A stretch of 63,980 bases of DNA, filler included, from Asterionella formosa (taxonomy: Eukaryota), in NCBI GenBank assembly GCA_002256025.1. It is 19 parts of 19 records of this genome, joined end to end, with 100 filler letters (N's around TTAATTAATTAA, not from the genome) between each part and the next. Parts side by side here need not be neighbours in the genome. Positions count along the whole stretch, not along the records: positions 3,876 to 33,044 come from NKIB01001059.1; 18 more parts are not named here. One strand, written 5' to 3'. A program made the position numbers and the translations under genes. Positions 11,891 to 24,726 of this stretch are shown piece by piece (positions within the stretch are counted from its first letter, which is position 1; each line of letters starts with the position of its first letter). Below the pieces are notes generated by a model. The model worked only from the letters and a program-made list of their open reading frames with translations. It ran no database searches and was not told the origin of the DNA.

Positions 11891-12859
11891 TATTTGTTAT
11901 GCTCCCCTTACAAAAACAATAGTTTTGTTGTCCAACTGCTCCTTGCTTCCATTACTAATTCCATGATGGCACTTTAAAGCACAAAAGAGATATGCTTGCA
12001 TATGTTTAGTTCTTACATTCAATGGTTCAATGTTGATCTCAACAAGATGTGTCCTGTCTTTCTTCATTGATGACTTTGTCATGAAGAATTAGTGAGCCCT
12101 CATGGATACTTTTGAAAATTGCACAATAAGTAGCAAAGTTCGCATTGTCTCCACTATAGTATGTTGTCAATTCTATTTAAAATTTTCGTCATTTTGTAAA
12201 GGCTTGCTCATCTTGTTTCGTCTATACCCCCCAATCACAAAGCAACCCCCAATCGAAATATATACTGTTGCTGGAGAACAAGATTCCTTCACAACAGTAG
12301 TTTATTGTTAGTCTCATTAGTAAAAACAGCCATGATGGACCTATCAATTTGTTGCAACAAACCGCCCGGCTTGCAAGTCGCTCACCATGATGGTAACAGA
12401 TCCAGAGTAGACCAACATCAGAGGATGAGCCTTAANNNNNNNNNNNNNNNNNNNNNNNNNNNNNNNNNNNNNNNNNNNNNNNNNNNNNNNNNNNNNNNNN
12501 NNNNNNNNNNNNNNNNNNNNNNNNNNNNNNNNNNNNNNNNNNNNNNNNNNNNNNNNNNNNNNNNNNNNNNNNNNNNNNNNNNNNNNNNNNNNNNNNNNNN
12601 NNNNNNNNNNNNNNNNNNNNNNNNNNNNNNNNNNNNNNNNNNNNNNNNNNNNNNNNNNNNNNNNNNNNNNNNNNNNNNNNNNNNNNNNNNNNNNNNNNNN
12701 NNNNNNNNNNNNNNNNNNNNNNNNNNNNNNNNNNNNNNNNNNNNNNNNNNNNNNNNNNNNNNNNNNNNNNNNNNNNNNNNNNNNNNNNNNNNNNNNNNNN
12801 NNNNNNNNNNNNNNNNNNNNNNNNNNNNNNNNNNNNNNNNNNNNNNNNNNNNNNNNNNC

Positions 12860-14300
12860 AGCAACTGGAACTGCAGTGTTGCCATGCGTCATGGTGTCAT
12901 GGTATCTGGAAAGTAGAAGTTGCTTTCGTTCTTCGTAATGGAAGATCCCCTGCGTGCTTGTACCATGTTGCCATTGTTTTAGTTTGCGCAACTATCCACT
13001 CTGCGCGTGGGCTCTTTGTTTTGAGTTCTGATCGCATTAACCTTGTTTGCAAGTGCTATATGTGCATCTGTTGTCTCATTCTCTCGCTCACTCTGCACTT
13101 CTTCCGCATGCCTCTTCCTTTTCAGCTGGTCATCGACCACTTCAGGACCCCCCAACAAGTACCTGCATGCAGCGACATGAAGACCGGCTGTGTATTGTTT
13201 ATTTCTTGCAATCGCCCCTAGTGCTGTTTTTTTGTTGGTGGGCAAGTTTGTCCAGATTTATTCCGTTTCTAGCATCCTCATGATTGCAATACTACTGTAC
13301 GACCTGATCAACAAGGGTTCCAATGATGCCTTGGCTCAAGTTTAGTCAGGATGGGGAAATGAAACAGACTGGTTGATTATTGTTTGCTTCTGTTTACAGA
13401 TTCAAGGTACTGTCACCAGTTGACTTTCCGGACGAAGCAAAAGGTTGTATTTTAATGGACCCCAACCTCATTCAGCAACAGCTTTTTGGTTTATAGCAAC
13501 AATATGGCTGGTCAAAGGATTCATCCTAAGCTTTCGACACCAGATCAACAATGTCATCCTTCTTTTCAACAGCAAATGCAGCACAGCGCCTTTCCTTTGG
13601 GTGAGTAAGTCTCTCTTGCATTTCGTGAGTTGCATATTTAAACCTGAATTTGCAGTCAGGATAGAAATTAATGATGTATGTCCTGCCAACAACTGTGAAT
13701 CATTTAGTGTCATAGTAGCAGGTAGTTGTACTAGTAGCTAGTGAAGTGGTTGCCTTTCCCGCCTGATTTAGCTTCTGCAAATGGTGCTGGACCACCATAG
13801 GTTTTGTTAGCCAAGCCAGCGTAGCAGCCTTCGATGCAACAATATTTGATATTGCACCATATGGTAGATTGCCATTGTCATTTGCCTTACAAAGTTTCTA
13901 ATTTCATAACAATATTTTCTTAAATAAGTGACACTATAGTCTTATCGAAAGAATTAGGTATCACCTTGTACTCTTTGCTTGGATGGTTGAGGCTCTTTTC
14001 ATGCTGTAGGTTTCATTATTGTTCATGAGATGGCTGCAATTTGATTCATTTTGTGATGTGTCGGAAGCAATTTCTGCTGTGAATTACGGTCTCTGACATA
14101 AAAATATGGCTCCCTTTTTGGGCCTTGAAGGAATGTTGCATTCATTTACTAAGAGTAACTGGTTGGTTCATTTACTGCTATAGCACATGGTCAATGGCAG
14201 TTTAACGCAACTAAATATATATTAGATATTAAGCTTTCTACAACTCGATATGTTGTATCTGGCGCAACATCAAACTTTGTTGTACTAAAAATAGTCAAAA
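12860..14300 (-). mobile_element. Decayed, internally deleted pogo/Tc1-mariner-like (DDE_1-type) transposon remnant
   Basis: Broken minus-strand frames read NMQLTKCKRDLL, NQKAVAE*GWGPLKYNLLL (~13441-13495), LNLSQGIIGTLVDQVV, YTAGLHVAACRYLLG and LKTMATWYKHAGDLP. These resemble, from recall, the C-terminal region of diatom pogo-like transposases. The 13940-14300 end recurs at 42250-42717. Confidence 0.6.
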
Positions 14301-14338
14301 CTATAAAATTACTAAAAATAGTCAAAACTATAAAATTT
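14284..14338. repeat. Tandem duplication of ~27 bp (TACTAAAAATAGTCAAAACTATAAAAT x2)
   Basis: Two adjacent identical copies are directly visible. Confidence 0.85.
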
Positions 14339-15156
14339 GAAATAATTTATGTACCGGGATACGCTGTTAATATAATTTCGTTAGGTGGCTCAAAGCCATT
14401 TTTAACTGCTGCGTACCTCCTACCGGTATATGCAAATGACTACTGGCATCTTTTTTTGTCTGCCTTCGCTCGTCTGCGACAAAAGAGGTGAATTCCTCCC
14501 ATTTGGATTTTTTGGCCCGCCGGCGCTTATCTTTGTGTACTGGTACTTATGTTTGATATCACCTCTGTTCAAGAATGTTCCAATTGCGGACAGTTAAATA
14601 ACAGCTATTGGGGCGACGAATCTGGGAGGTCCGGAAATTTAGCATTTTAGCTATAATCTCTTGTTAGTAAATCGTGTTTTGCCTCCCTCCTCCTGGGCGG
14701 CCCGGATCCCTGACAAGAATTCGGACAGAAACGCCCAGGCCGACGCTTCCCTGATTCAGGTACCGGTACTCGGAATACTTTTCAAATCCTGACTTAGTGC
14801 GGTATGAGTCCTACACAGTCGTAGGGTCCATACATGCAAGATACTCACTCGTTGCCTTGCAGCGGGCGACGATCATTGGTCTACTACCGTATTCCCTTGC
14901 GTATACCGTGTGATTACTATCTGCCTAATGGTAATGCTTGCTTTACTTTAGAGCGTAACTATCCAGTTGGTCAATCCAGTTTACTCCCATCGTTACTATT
15001 TGCTGGGGCATCTTTTGATGGGAACTCATTATCGAAGCGCACATTTCCACCAGATTGATTGATTCGTCAAGCGTTCATTGTATCCCATACGCGTGCCTTT
15101 ATAACGACTCCGTCGTAGACTGCTCCCCAAATATCGGCTCTCTAGCAGGACATAAT

Positions 15157-17156
15157 ATGGTTCGTTATGACTTGACTTTCTTCCTCTGTTGCTGCAAGTC
15201 TTTTCTCGGCGATGATCCCTCTACCGAAGACTTTTATCAATTGCTGGCGGTAGACCGAGACGCGACTCAAGATGAAATCAAGCGAGCCTACAAACGACAA
15301 TCATTGCAGATGCATCCTGATAAATTGGCACAAAAAGGGAAGGTCGTGACGGTAGAAGATCAATCCAGATTTACCAGAATGAAGGAGGCCTATGAGGTGA
15401 GTTTTCCCGTCTTGGTGGTTCAATGATGTGCTCGACACTCCTACAAGCGCTCGCGACAAACCGAGCGTCAAACAATCCTTCCTCTTCTGTAGCCGTATTA
15501 CTCGTGTAGTAACGACCTTCCTCACTCACACCGTCCCTTGAAAAATTCAAACATACAATACTAGGTACTATCAGACCCTCACAAACGAGAATCGTACGAT
15601 GCTATCGGCGAACGAGGCATGAAATGGTTGGACGAACCTTTCTCATTAGACCCACAAGAATTGGCTCACAACTTCGCCACATCATCAGTTGTTGATAGAT
15701 CTAAAATTTTTGGGATCTTTGTTGGAATCGCTTTTGCAGTCTTTTGGTTGCCATTTATGATTTGCTTACAAGTTGATCACGCTTTTGGTCCCCACGTTAA
15801 GTGGGTCTCAGTCTTGGTACCCCTTTGGATCTTGGATGCTATCGTTTTGTTTTACCATTCTAGAGTCATCATGATGGGTCCGATCCCGAAGCCTGACCAC
15901 ATTCCCGAAGCGGAATGGGTTGATCCCTTACCTATGAAGAAACGCATCTTTTCGCTCTTTCGATTTCTCCTCTTGGTGCTCTTTGAAGTCCTGGCAGCAT
16001 TGAAATTAGACAAGACTTTTACTTGGCCTTGGTTTGTTGTCTTTGTTCCTCTTTACATTTGGGAGGCCACGACAATTTACAAGAAAATTCCATTGGCAAG
16101 GATGCGAATTGTCACTGTAGAGGACTTAGAGACAGCATTGGGTAAGCCTTTTGCAGAGTTCACACTTGCTGAAAAAGAATTGATTGGAAAGAGATATTCG
16201 GTCGTGCCGTCAACGACGTCGCCGGAGTTTGAAGCTGCACAAAAATTAAAGATTCGGGCTCGACACGACATGATCAAGAGCGGTTTTCGCATTGCCTTTG
16301 TCGTTTTGTTGTTGATTCAACTGGATGGAGGGTTCGACTGGAATTGGTGGTTTATCTTTACGCCGTTTTGGGCCATGACTGGCCTCTTTTGTTGGTCAAA
16401 TTATCAATCATTTGCTGAAGTGCAACAAATGGCCATGGAAAAGGATCCTTCATTGTTTGGACTCAAAGAAGGAGATGCATCTGCCAATTATGGAGCCATG
16501 GGGAAGGACGGTTCACCCGTAACATCAACAGCATTAACGGATGAAGAACGAGAAGAACTTAAAGCCCAAGTTATGGCAAGCAGTTCCAAACTATGCAGCA
16601 AGTGCTGTTCGCAGGGATTCCTGTTGTTAATTGTTCTTCTGTTTGTTGGCAAGATTCAAGGAGCTGGGTATTCTGCAATATTGATTATTTCGCCGATGTT
16701 GCTGGTGGTACGTTCATGTGTTGTTGGCAACAATTGTAACTATTTATATATCATTAACATCGCGTCCTTCTATGCCAGGCTGGTATCATACTGTGCTGTA
16801 TTGGGTGTGCTATTTTTGGAATTACAGAGGTGCCTACGGATGGAGTCGAATTTGACACCGAAGGCTTCACCGACGACGCCGAGTTGCCGAATTCGCCTTC
16901 GTCTCCCTTGAAACCTATTTATGTTCCACCATCAGAGTCTACAACTATTCCAGTTGTGCTTCCGACGCAACCTACGGAAACGTCAATACCTATGGGAGCC
17001 TCACAACCAGAACGGTCGGAAACCCAATCGAAGCCCAATGGCCTCTTTCAAGATGACCTTGAGACCCCTCGAACAGATTACATAAACAGTGACGAGTGTG
17101 CGGGACCTGTACCCTTCGCAAGGGATTCTGAGTCGATCTTAAACGAGCTTGATTGA
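15157..17156 (+). CDS. DnaJ (J-domain) protein fused to a multi-pass membrane domain (TMEM185-like); exons 15157-15396, 15565-16707, 16779-17156
   Basis: DFYQLL..EIKRAYKRQSLQMHPDK (HPD motif). Splicing GTGAGT..CTAG restores AYE|VLSDPHKRESYD. Three W..VFxP[LF] hydrophobic repeats follow. The second intron GTACGT..CCAG keeps the frame. Confidence 0.92.
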
Positions 17157-17429
17157 TGAGCTCATGGTTTCCATCTTTTGTCATTTTTGCTTTCTTTCGA
17201 ATTTCAAGATATTCTTTCATTGAAAGTATCAAGTAGTAAACTCTGTTCTTCCTCTACTATCGGTAGCCTAGTTTCATATCCCATATCAACGACAGCTTAT
17301 ATTCTGTCATAACCAGTAAAGAGCATATAGTACGTGCTAGGTGTATTGGTGTTTTAAGTTATGTAATGGAGGCCAAACGACACTTCGGGTGATGTGGGAG
17401 CGTTCGTAAACTTTATGTGGCGACTTCAG

Positions 17430-20400
17430 CTATGTGATCCAATTCCTTGGTAATGACACCTTCTTTGCCTTGCATACTGTAACAAATATATTGTTCAGAT
17501 CTTCCCATATCACCCTGCAAGGGGAACGCATTCAAGGATAAGCCATTCATGTTATTCAGTTCACAGTTATGAACACACTCTACACGGTGCGTACCTCGCA
17601 ATTGACTCGAATTCGGAATTCGGGTTGTAGATCATACAGTTTCGAAAGCAGAGCGATAGGTCATCCTGCAGTTCGGATATTGCTTCGTATCTGGGCATGC
17701 GTTCTTCTATAATCGTTCTAAAATCCATGGGATCCTTGATTAACAAGTGATAGTCTGCCTTGACTTCTGGGTACGCTTCAACAACGGGAATCGCAAAGAG
17801 TCGCTGTTGGTCAAACTTATTCTAATCACAAGGGAATTAGCCATGAGTACAGAGTCATTAATCTGATCGAAAAGGCACAAAAAATGCACTCACCAAAGCA
17901 CTAATGATCCCTTTTGTAACATTCGATACATGCTTCATCTCAATCCGTGGCCACCTCTTCAAATTTGGAAAAATAGAGTCTTTCTCTATTTTTGCCCTTT
18001 TTCTTGGTGGTTGAGTTACTGGTAAGAGAAGAAAGAAGGTTAAGTATCCGCCGTTGTCGAATTCAAGGTTTATTTCATGGCAGCACATTGACTTACATCT
18101 CGTTGTCGTCTGCTCCTTCGCGGCGCTCTGCCTGCTAGAATTGCGCTTTGGTCGTTTGTCATGGACACTTTCCTCATCATCATCATCACTACTGATTTTC
18201 TCCTCGACATATTCTGGCGACGACGTAAACGCATTTCTTGAAGATGTACGTCGTGACGATGGCTTGAATGGCTTCGGATCCGGAATCTTTCGGCTTCGGG
18301 TGCTACTTCGTGAACTACGGCGCACAGTACTACTAGGTGCGAATTGATCCTCGCTTTCGTCTGGCTCGGATTCCGGTTCAGATTCTTCCTTTTTTGCCCT
18401 TTTTCTTGGTGGTTGAGCTACTGGCAAGAGAAGTGAAGGTTTAGTATTCGACTTTGTCGAATTCAATGTTTGCTTCATGGCAGCACATTTACTTACATCT
18501 CGTTGTCGACTCCTTCTTCGCAGCGCTCTGCCTATTAGGATTGCGCTTTTGTCGTTTGTCGTGGTCGCTTTCCTCCTCTACTTCATCGCTACTGATTTTC
18601 TCTTCGACATATTCTGGCGACGATGCAAAAGTCTTTCTTGAAGATCTACGTTGTGGCGATGGCTTGGCTGGCTTCGGTTCCGTAGTCTTTCCCCGTTGGT
18701 TGGTACTTCGTGAACTACGGCGCGCAGTGCCTCTTTTTGTGGGAGGTTCGACATCATCATCATCACTTTCGTCTGGCTCAGATTCAGATTCAGATTCTAT
18801 TTCGTCTTTCGATGCTTCATCATCCAAATTATCGCCGTCTTCATCAGATTGCTCCTCCTCAGAGTCACTTTCTCCTTGTGTGTTTCGTCTCAAGGATTTC
18901 CCTCGTGCCGAATGATGAGGCACCTCTATGTCGGACCCAGAAGTATCCTTGAGAATGGCGTCAACTTCCGGCTGGTCGTCCGATTGGTAAGTTGTTCCCA
19001 GTTTGGACTCGTCATGTAAGCGCCTAGGGTTCGATGACCCACGGAAGCTCCTGCGCGTTCCAAGTTCATGTTCAACTAGATTAACATGATGACGAGCGCG
19101 AGATGGTCGCTGCGACTGCTGCATTGTTTCTCCTTCGTCCAGGACTTGGCTTTGACGGGGAATAGAGAAGCGCACGGGACGTGGACCTCTGGAAACAATT
19201 GTGTTGATCCCTTCCTCTTCGATTGACGGCACCCTCTCGAGGTATGAATTACAATTCCGTCCATTGTGTCGAGTGCGAGTGCCTGTAGTAGTCGATTGTT
19301 CGTGAGTCCTGTTTCGTGTCACACGTCCAAGTTCTGGGGTTTCGTTTCTACTTGATTGTGGCATTCTGATTCTCAACGTTCGTGAAGTTGATAGACTTTC
19401 AGTTCTGAGGTTTACATTGGTAGACGGCGAAGGAAGCTGTTCGAGCGAGGACCGCGGATTGCTAAGTGATCGCAACGAACGAGTTTGTCGATTTGCAGGT
19501 GATTCGCTAGTCACTAATGTGCTGCCTATTTGGGAATTGCTTTGAATCGGCCCTTCGTCACTTAGTGAAATAAGCTCGGGTCCCAACGATGTTCTCAGAT
19601 CGCCTTCGAACCTACTGACAACCGAAGATATAGCGATAGATATTTCTGCATCTTCTGAATTGTACTTTCGACAATTGTCACGCACGAGCTGTATGTCCGC
19701 GAGGACACTCGCAGCTGTCGCATAATAATCTGATGAGAGTCGCTGTTCGATGAAGCTAAAATCCATGGAAACCTCAACTCGGCTGTGGTAGTCTGAGTAT
19801 CGTGCTTCGTCGACTGGGGACATGAAGAAACCCTTGACGGTCGGAGAGCGCTCGGCCTTCTCCAAGCCTGCACGAATAAGTCGCTTCTCGTGATGGCTCA
19901 GCCTAGGTGGTTGGGGAACATCGTAAATTCGATCCCGGAGGCTTACTTCCCACGGGCTTACATATTCGGATAGACCACCATCATCCCAGACGATTTCAAG
20001 CAATTGAAACCCACTTCCACGAAGGTGTGCCTGTGTCTCGCTGCTTTCTTCTAATAGACCAACTAACTTGGCGAAATAGGGGACCATTGTAGAATCTTCG
20101 TCGGCACCGACCAGTTCAGGCGCCAAATAACAAGCTAAAGGGATTTCCGAAAAATTATTTTTGTTGGCGCGCACCGCATTTTCCAAGGACTCAATCCTCC
20201 ACCGGAAAAGCTTCTCAGGAATGATGAAATCCTGCAACTCACTCACAAACATACTGACCTCAAACTCATGAGCGGCCGATCGCGTTTGCCTGGAAATGAA
20301 TGAAGGTTTTGGCCATGGATACTCCCGATCTTCTGATATTTCTGGAATCCCAGTAACTTCCAGAGTGAGAATGGCCACGATGCTTTCACATTTTGAATTG

Positions 20401-23400
20401 ACATTTCTGTTGCGATAGCAAGATTCGTATGGAAATCGAAACCGAATGTGCTTGATCTTACAACGTAAAGTGGGCCATCTTGCTCCAGCTGGCCAATCTG
20501 TCCAAGGTGCTCTTAGAGTTGGAAAGCTGAGTATAGTTTCTGAATGAGCTCGTGCGATGTAAATAACTGAATCACCAACTTGTGGGGCGTAGTTTTTTGT
20601 TCCATTGTACGACGAAGCACTTTCCAAGCGACGGAGCCACTTTCGTTTTATGCGACTACCAGAATCAGGTAATCTGAACAAATGGCCAGAAACTGTATAA
20701 TCGTGAATGAACGGCCCAGAGGGTTTATTGTTTGTGCTCATAAATTCCATGATCGAATCATCGTCAGAATCAGGCTCGGACGGCAAAACTCGTGTTCTTG
20801 AAGAAGCTCGGATAGGCGCTACTCGTTGTTGTTGTTGCCGCCTTAAATTTCTGGCGTCGGTTCTGTTTCTCTCGCGACGCTGGCGACGCCTTGACCTTGC
20901 CCGCCGATTTCCCGGAGTTCCGCCATACTCAAATGATGTAGAGTCGTCCGAATCCATACCCTCCAATCCACTGAGTTCCTCGTCGTCTAGGTCCACTGCG
21001 TTGTCCCGACGATTTGAGTTCAAAACGAATTCCTCGTCATCAGAATCCGGTTCATCGGCTGCGACATTGGATCGCTCTTCCCTTTCCAAGTCTTCAAAAT
21101 CTCGCCAGCGATAGTTGCTTGACAAACTTCGGCTAGGAGCCTGTGCTTGTTGTCGGTTTAACGTAGTCACAATATTAACATTTCCACCGGTAGTGGTGAT
21201 TCCTGGTTGGCCTTGCGCATAATGATTCAAAGTGGAGGTGATTGATTGGATCTCCCCATTTGAGCCTTGAATGATAAGAGTCCTTGAAGGGTCGAATTCT
21301 CCCATAACGATCGCTGTTCGCTTCGCATATTCAGATGAGAATTGTGATAATTCTGGTATGTTAGCAAACTTGTTCCAAATTGATAATCGTTGCGCCCTAG
21401 TTTCAGTCTCTAGTGTTGGAACCGGCCCGTTAACGTAGCGAAATGTTTCGCTGGCTTCCTCGTCCCAGGCTTCTCCGGAGTGATTACATCTAGCAGATCG
21501 AGGGGCAAGATGTGGTGCTTGTTGCGATCCTTGTTCGACGCAGTAACCATTTGCGTCATAAAAAAGTTCATAATAATCATTTGCAAAGTACTGTTCCCGC
21601 ATCCAACCTGGGGCGAGGTTTTGTGCTTCGTTGCTCAGAGTGTCAAATACAGAAATCCGTCCATTATCGTCGGTAAGAATCAGCGTTAATCCGTCGTGAT
21701 CAAAGCTGCCATCAAGGAAGCCGCTTTTTTTTCCTCTCTGATTCTGTGCCTCAGGGAAAAAAGCCGCATCATTCTCATGGCTGAAAATACATTTTCCTGC
21801 CTCTAGATCCCATACTTTTGCAAAGCCATCAGCTCCCGCGGAGATAATAATTCCTGGGTCCACAGGGTGGGGGACAACCACAGGACATTGCATTTCGTGA
21901 GCACTAGTAATGCCCATAAGGCAAGACCCGGTCCAACTATCCCAGATTAAAATAGATTGTGATCCGGGAGTGATTTCTACTCCGCTGGATGTGGTTGGAC
22001 AACACTGTGACGTCACTACTTTCGAATCGTCGGCGGTCCAAACTGCAACATCACAAGTAATAGCAGAACCTGCGGTTGTAGCTGGTCCGGCACCTCGTCG
22101 TCGAGGCGGTAACGATCTCTGAGAAGCAGCGTCTACTTTAGTGAGTTTGAGAACAATTTGTTTCATATCCGATAATCCACTTGGGGATCTAGGGGGGTGA
22201 ACTCCTTTCTTGACACTCCACGACCAAATACGAGCGTTTCCATCTTTCTGGCTTGCTGAGAGTATTCGATCGCCAGCATGAGAATAACGAAGATCTGTAA
22301 TTGCATTCATGTGACCTGAGAGTCTAGCAAGTAGGTTCTGGGTAGAAGGCAAATCAGATGGGTCGCTTTTTCGAAAAAACATGTGGCTACCTCTTGATAA
22401 ACAAGGATCGTCTTCGTCAAGCCAAATCCGGCATTGTCCGTCATCGGATCCGGTTGCAAAATGGCCTCCAAGCGGACAGCGGGCGACACAAATAACTTTC
22501 ACGTCCTTCCTGCGCGATCGAGTTCCTGGACCGACAGCGTGAGCATCTGCTGGCTCGCCATGCTGAAGTTTCGCCACAATCCTAACCCCTTCATCAAGAT
22601 TATTATTGGCGATGAACGCTCCAGGAACAATATTTTCAGCAATGTTTAATGGCATATCGCCAACGAGAGGTACAGGATTCTGAACTATATTCATAACAAC
22701 ATTATCAGGACCGACCGGAAGGGCTACGTTTGCAGCTGGGTCGACAACAGGTCCTGGGTCGTGACTTTCCTCAGTTGACTCGAAGTTGTTGCTGGCTGTG
22801 ACCAGTAAAGGTGACAACAACTCAGCGCGTTCCTGAATTCCGACGTGACTGCCTCCCACTGTTTCTTCGTTGACTGTCCACTTCTCTGTATTCGTCAAAC
22901 GGAACTTATAATCTAGCCTTGCTCCAACTTGGCTAGCATACCTCTTGAGTGCCGCCTCTCGAATATCCCAAATTCGAGCGAGACCGTCCATTCCTGTTGT
23001 TACCAGCCGATATGGAGTAGTCGTTGACCATGACACCATGTTTGCTCCTCCTCGGTGGCCTCGGAGAATGGCAATAGGACACCCGTCTCTTAACCCCCAA
23101 ATTCGGACATCTCCATCATCAGACGCAGTTGCAAGGAAAGCGTTATCAGCGCTGACATCTATATCACAAATAACACCAGCATGACCTCGAAGTGTACTAA
23201 CTAAGACTGCCCCTCTGCTGTTGGCTCCATAGTTAAATGCTTGCCTCTTCCCTCGTTCTCTGGACCTTGAGCGCAAAGCTGATGGCCCTGCACCTAAGAT
23301 AAACAGTTTTACCAGACAGTCATCCGCGCCAGTGATGAAATATCGGCCACTTCGATCAAAACGTAGACAATAAACTGGATAAGTTAAGTGGGCGTTGATA

Positions 23401-24726
23401 GTAACTGCATGCGACAGTCGAGTTGCGAGGACTGCTTTACGTGAAGTTGAAGCAGACTTTCGACTTATTGCCAAGCCAATCTGACGGCGTTGAGATATGG
23501 CTTGTCCCCAGCTTCCTCCAGCGGCGTACTGCCTTCTTATTATATCTAGCATGTGTCGATTGCGCCTCGGACCGCACACCAATGTCGTGAAGATCGGAAG
23601 GGACGATGAATTAATTGGTCTGAAAGGGTCTCTATAATTTTGAATGATCCGCAATGAACGATTGTACAAAGTTTTTGCTTCCATTCCAGTGTTTCGAAAT
23701 TGTTCACTAGTCTTCTCGTGAATCGCGCGGCGCTGTACAAGATTTGCAGTTAACTGAGCGATCACTCGCACGCAATTGTTCTCGCCTTCTAGAATATGTT
23801 GCTCGATCTCGGCAAGTCTAGGAGTGGTGAGTGATTTTCTTTGCTTCAATAGGTCGATTTTGTTCTTCTCTTGATTGGCAAGTGACCATTGTAGGCTATT
23901 TATTTCTGCAGCCTCAGAGTGGTGCTTCTCACGAAGATTAAGAAACTGCCTCATTGAACGTGCTGCCATCGAGCAAAGGTACTGGTAGTCTGATTCAACG
24001 GGTACTCCTAAACGTCTCATTTCCGTTGCTCCACTAACGGGATTAAAACTTTTGAATGTATCATGATTTCCAATTCTGAATCCGGGTAAGACGGGAGTTT
24101 GAAGCGCACTCGAGACTTCGGGTGCCACCCCGGCTCCCCTCGTCTTGTTGTCAATGGTTAAATCGATCTCATCGTTGAGTCGCCGGCCTCCACCCAGATT
24201 AGGCTTCTTTTCACGTGCTGCATGAAACATATCGCTGATCCCACACTCTCGTCTAGCCACATTGTCCATAGCTACGGCTGTCGACGCTGATGATTGTATC
24301 ACTGACTCCAGGTGGCAACGAGAAATTTGCGGGTATCGCCTTGCCACGTCTGAGTAGGTCGCATTTTTCGCCTCGTTGTTACCGAATCGATGTTTCAGGT
24401 TGGGCTACAGAATGATTCATTGTGTCAGAAGAGTTGCATGCAGTGCATATACACGCGAGAGATGAACAACTCACCACATTCGCTGTACCGTACGCTCCAA
24501 GGGATGTGAAAGCCGACGCAAGCTCGGCTGCGGCATTATGTATTTGTTGAATAGCATCTTGTTCTTGTCGATCAATGAATTCTTCTGGTACTTTCGATTG
24601 GTAGTTGGCTAACCAATGCGTAACGAGAAAAGGAAGTTCAGAGGAAGGAATGCTTGCATCGTCTTGAAGTCCACGTATAGTTAGCTGCTCAGTACCATGG
24701 GCTTCCAGCAGACCATTTCCCTCCAT
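17430..24726 (-). CDS. BRWD1/PHIP-family WD40-repeat + two-bromodomain chromatin protein; exons 24726-24475, 24404-18497, 18420-18097, 18018-17894, 17821-17595, 17514-17430
   Basis: N-terminal SELPFLVTHWL; WD40 repeats (HLTYPVYCLRFDRSGRYFITGADDCLVK, LRGHAGVICDIDVS..VRIW); EQYFANDY; YAPQVGDSVIY. Bromodomain 1 reads FMSPVD..DY..MDFSFIEQRL..NCRKYN. Spliced bromodomain 2 reads LFAIPV..DY..IKDPMDFRTI..NCMIYN. All five introns are GT-AG and preserve the frame. Confidence 0.93.
17989..18781. repeat. ~400-bp tandem duplication (exon segment plus intron) inside the BRWD-like gene
   Basis: 17989-18372 aligns with 18391-18781, including near-identical introns 18096-18019 and 18496-18421. Confidence 0.92.

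Noticed and set aside
12305..12991. ORFs of 155-215 aa spanning the N gap, and all ORFs ending in X...LIN
   Set aside because: Artefacts of translating through Ns and spacers.
17858..18478. Separate 206-aa gene downstream of the 1952-aa ORF
   Set aside because: Splice sites show it consists of internal exons and introns of the BRWD-like gene.
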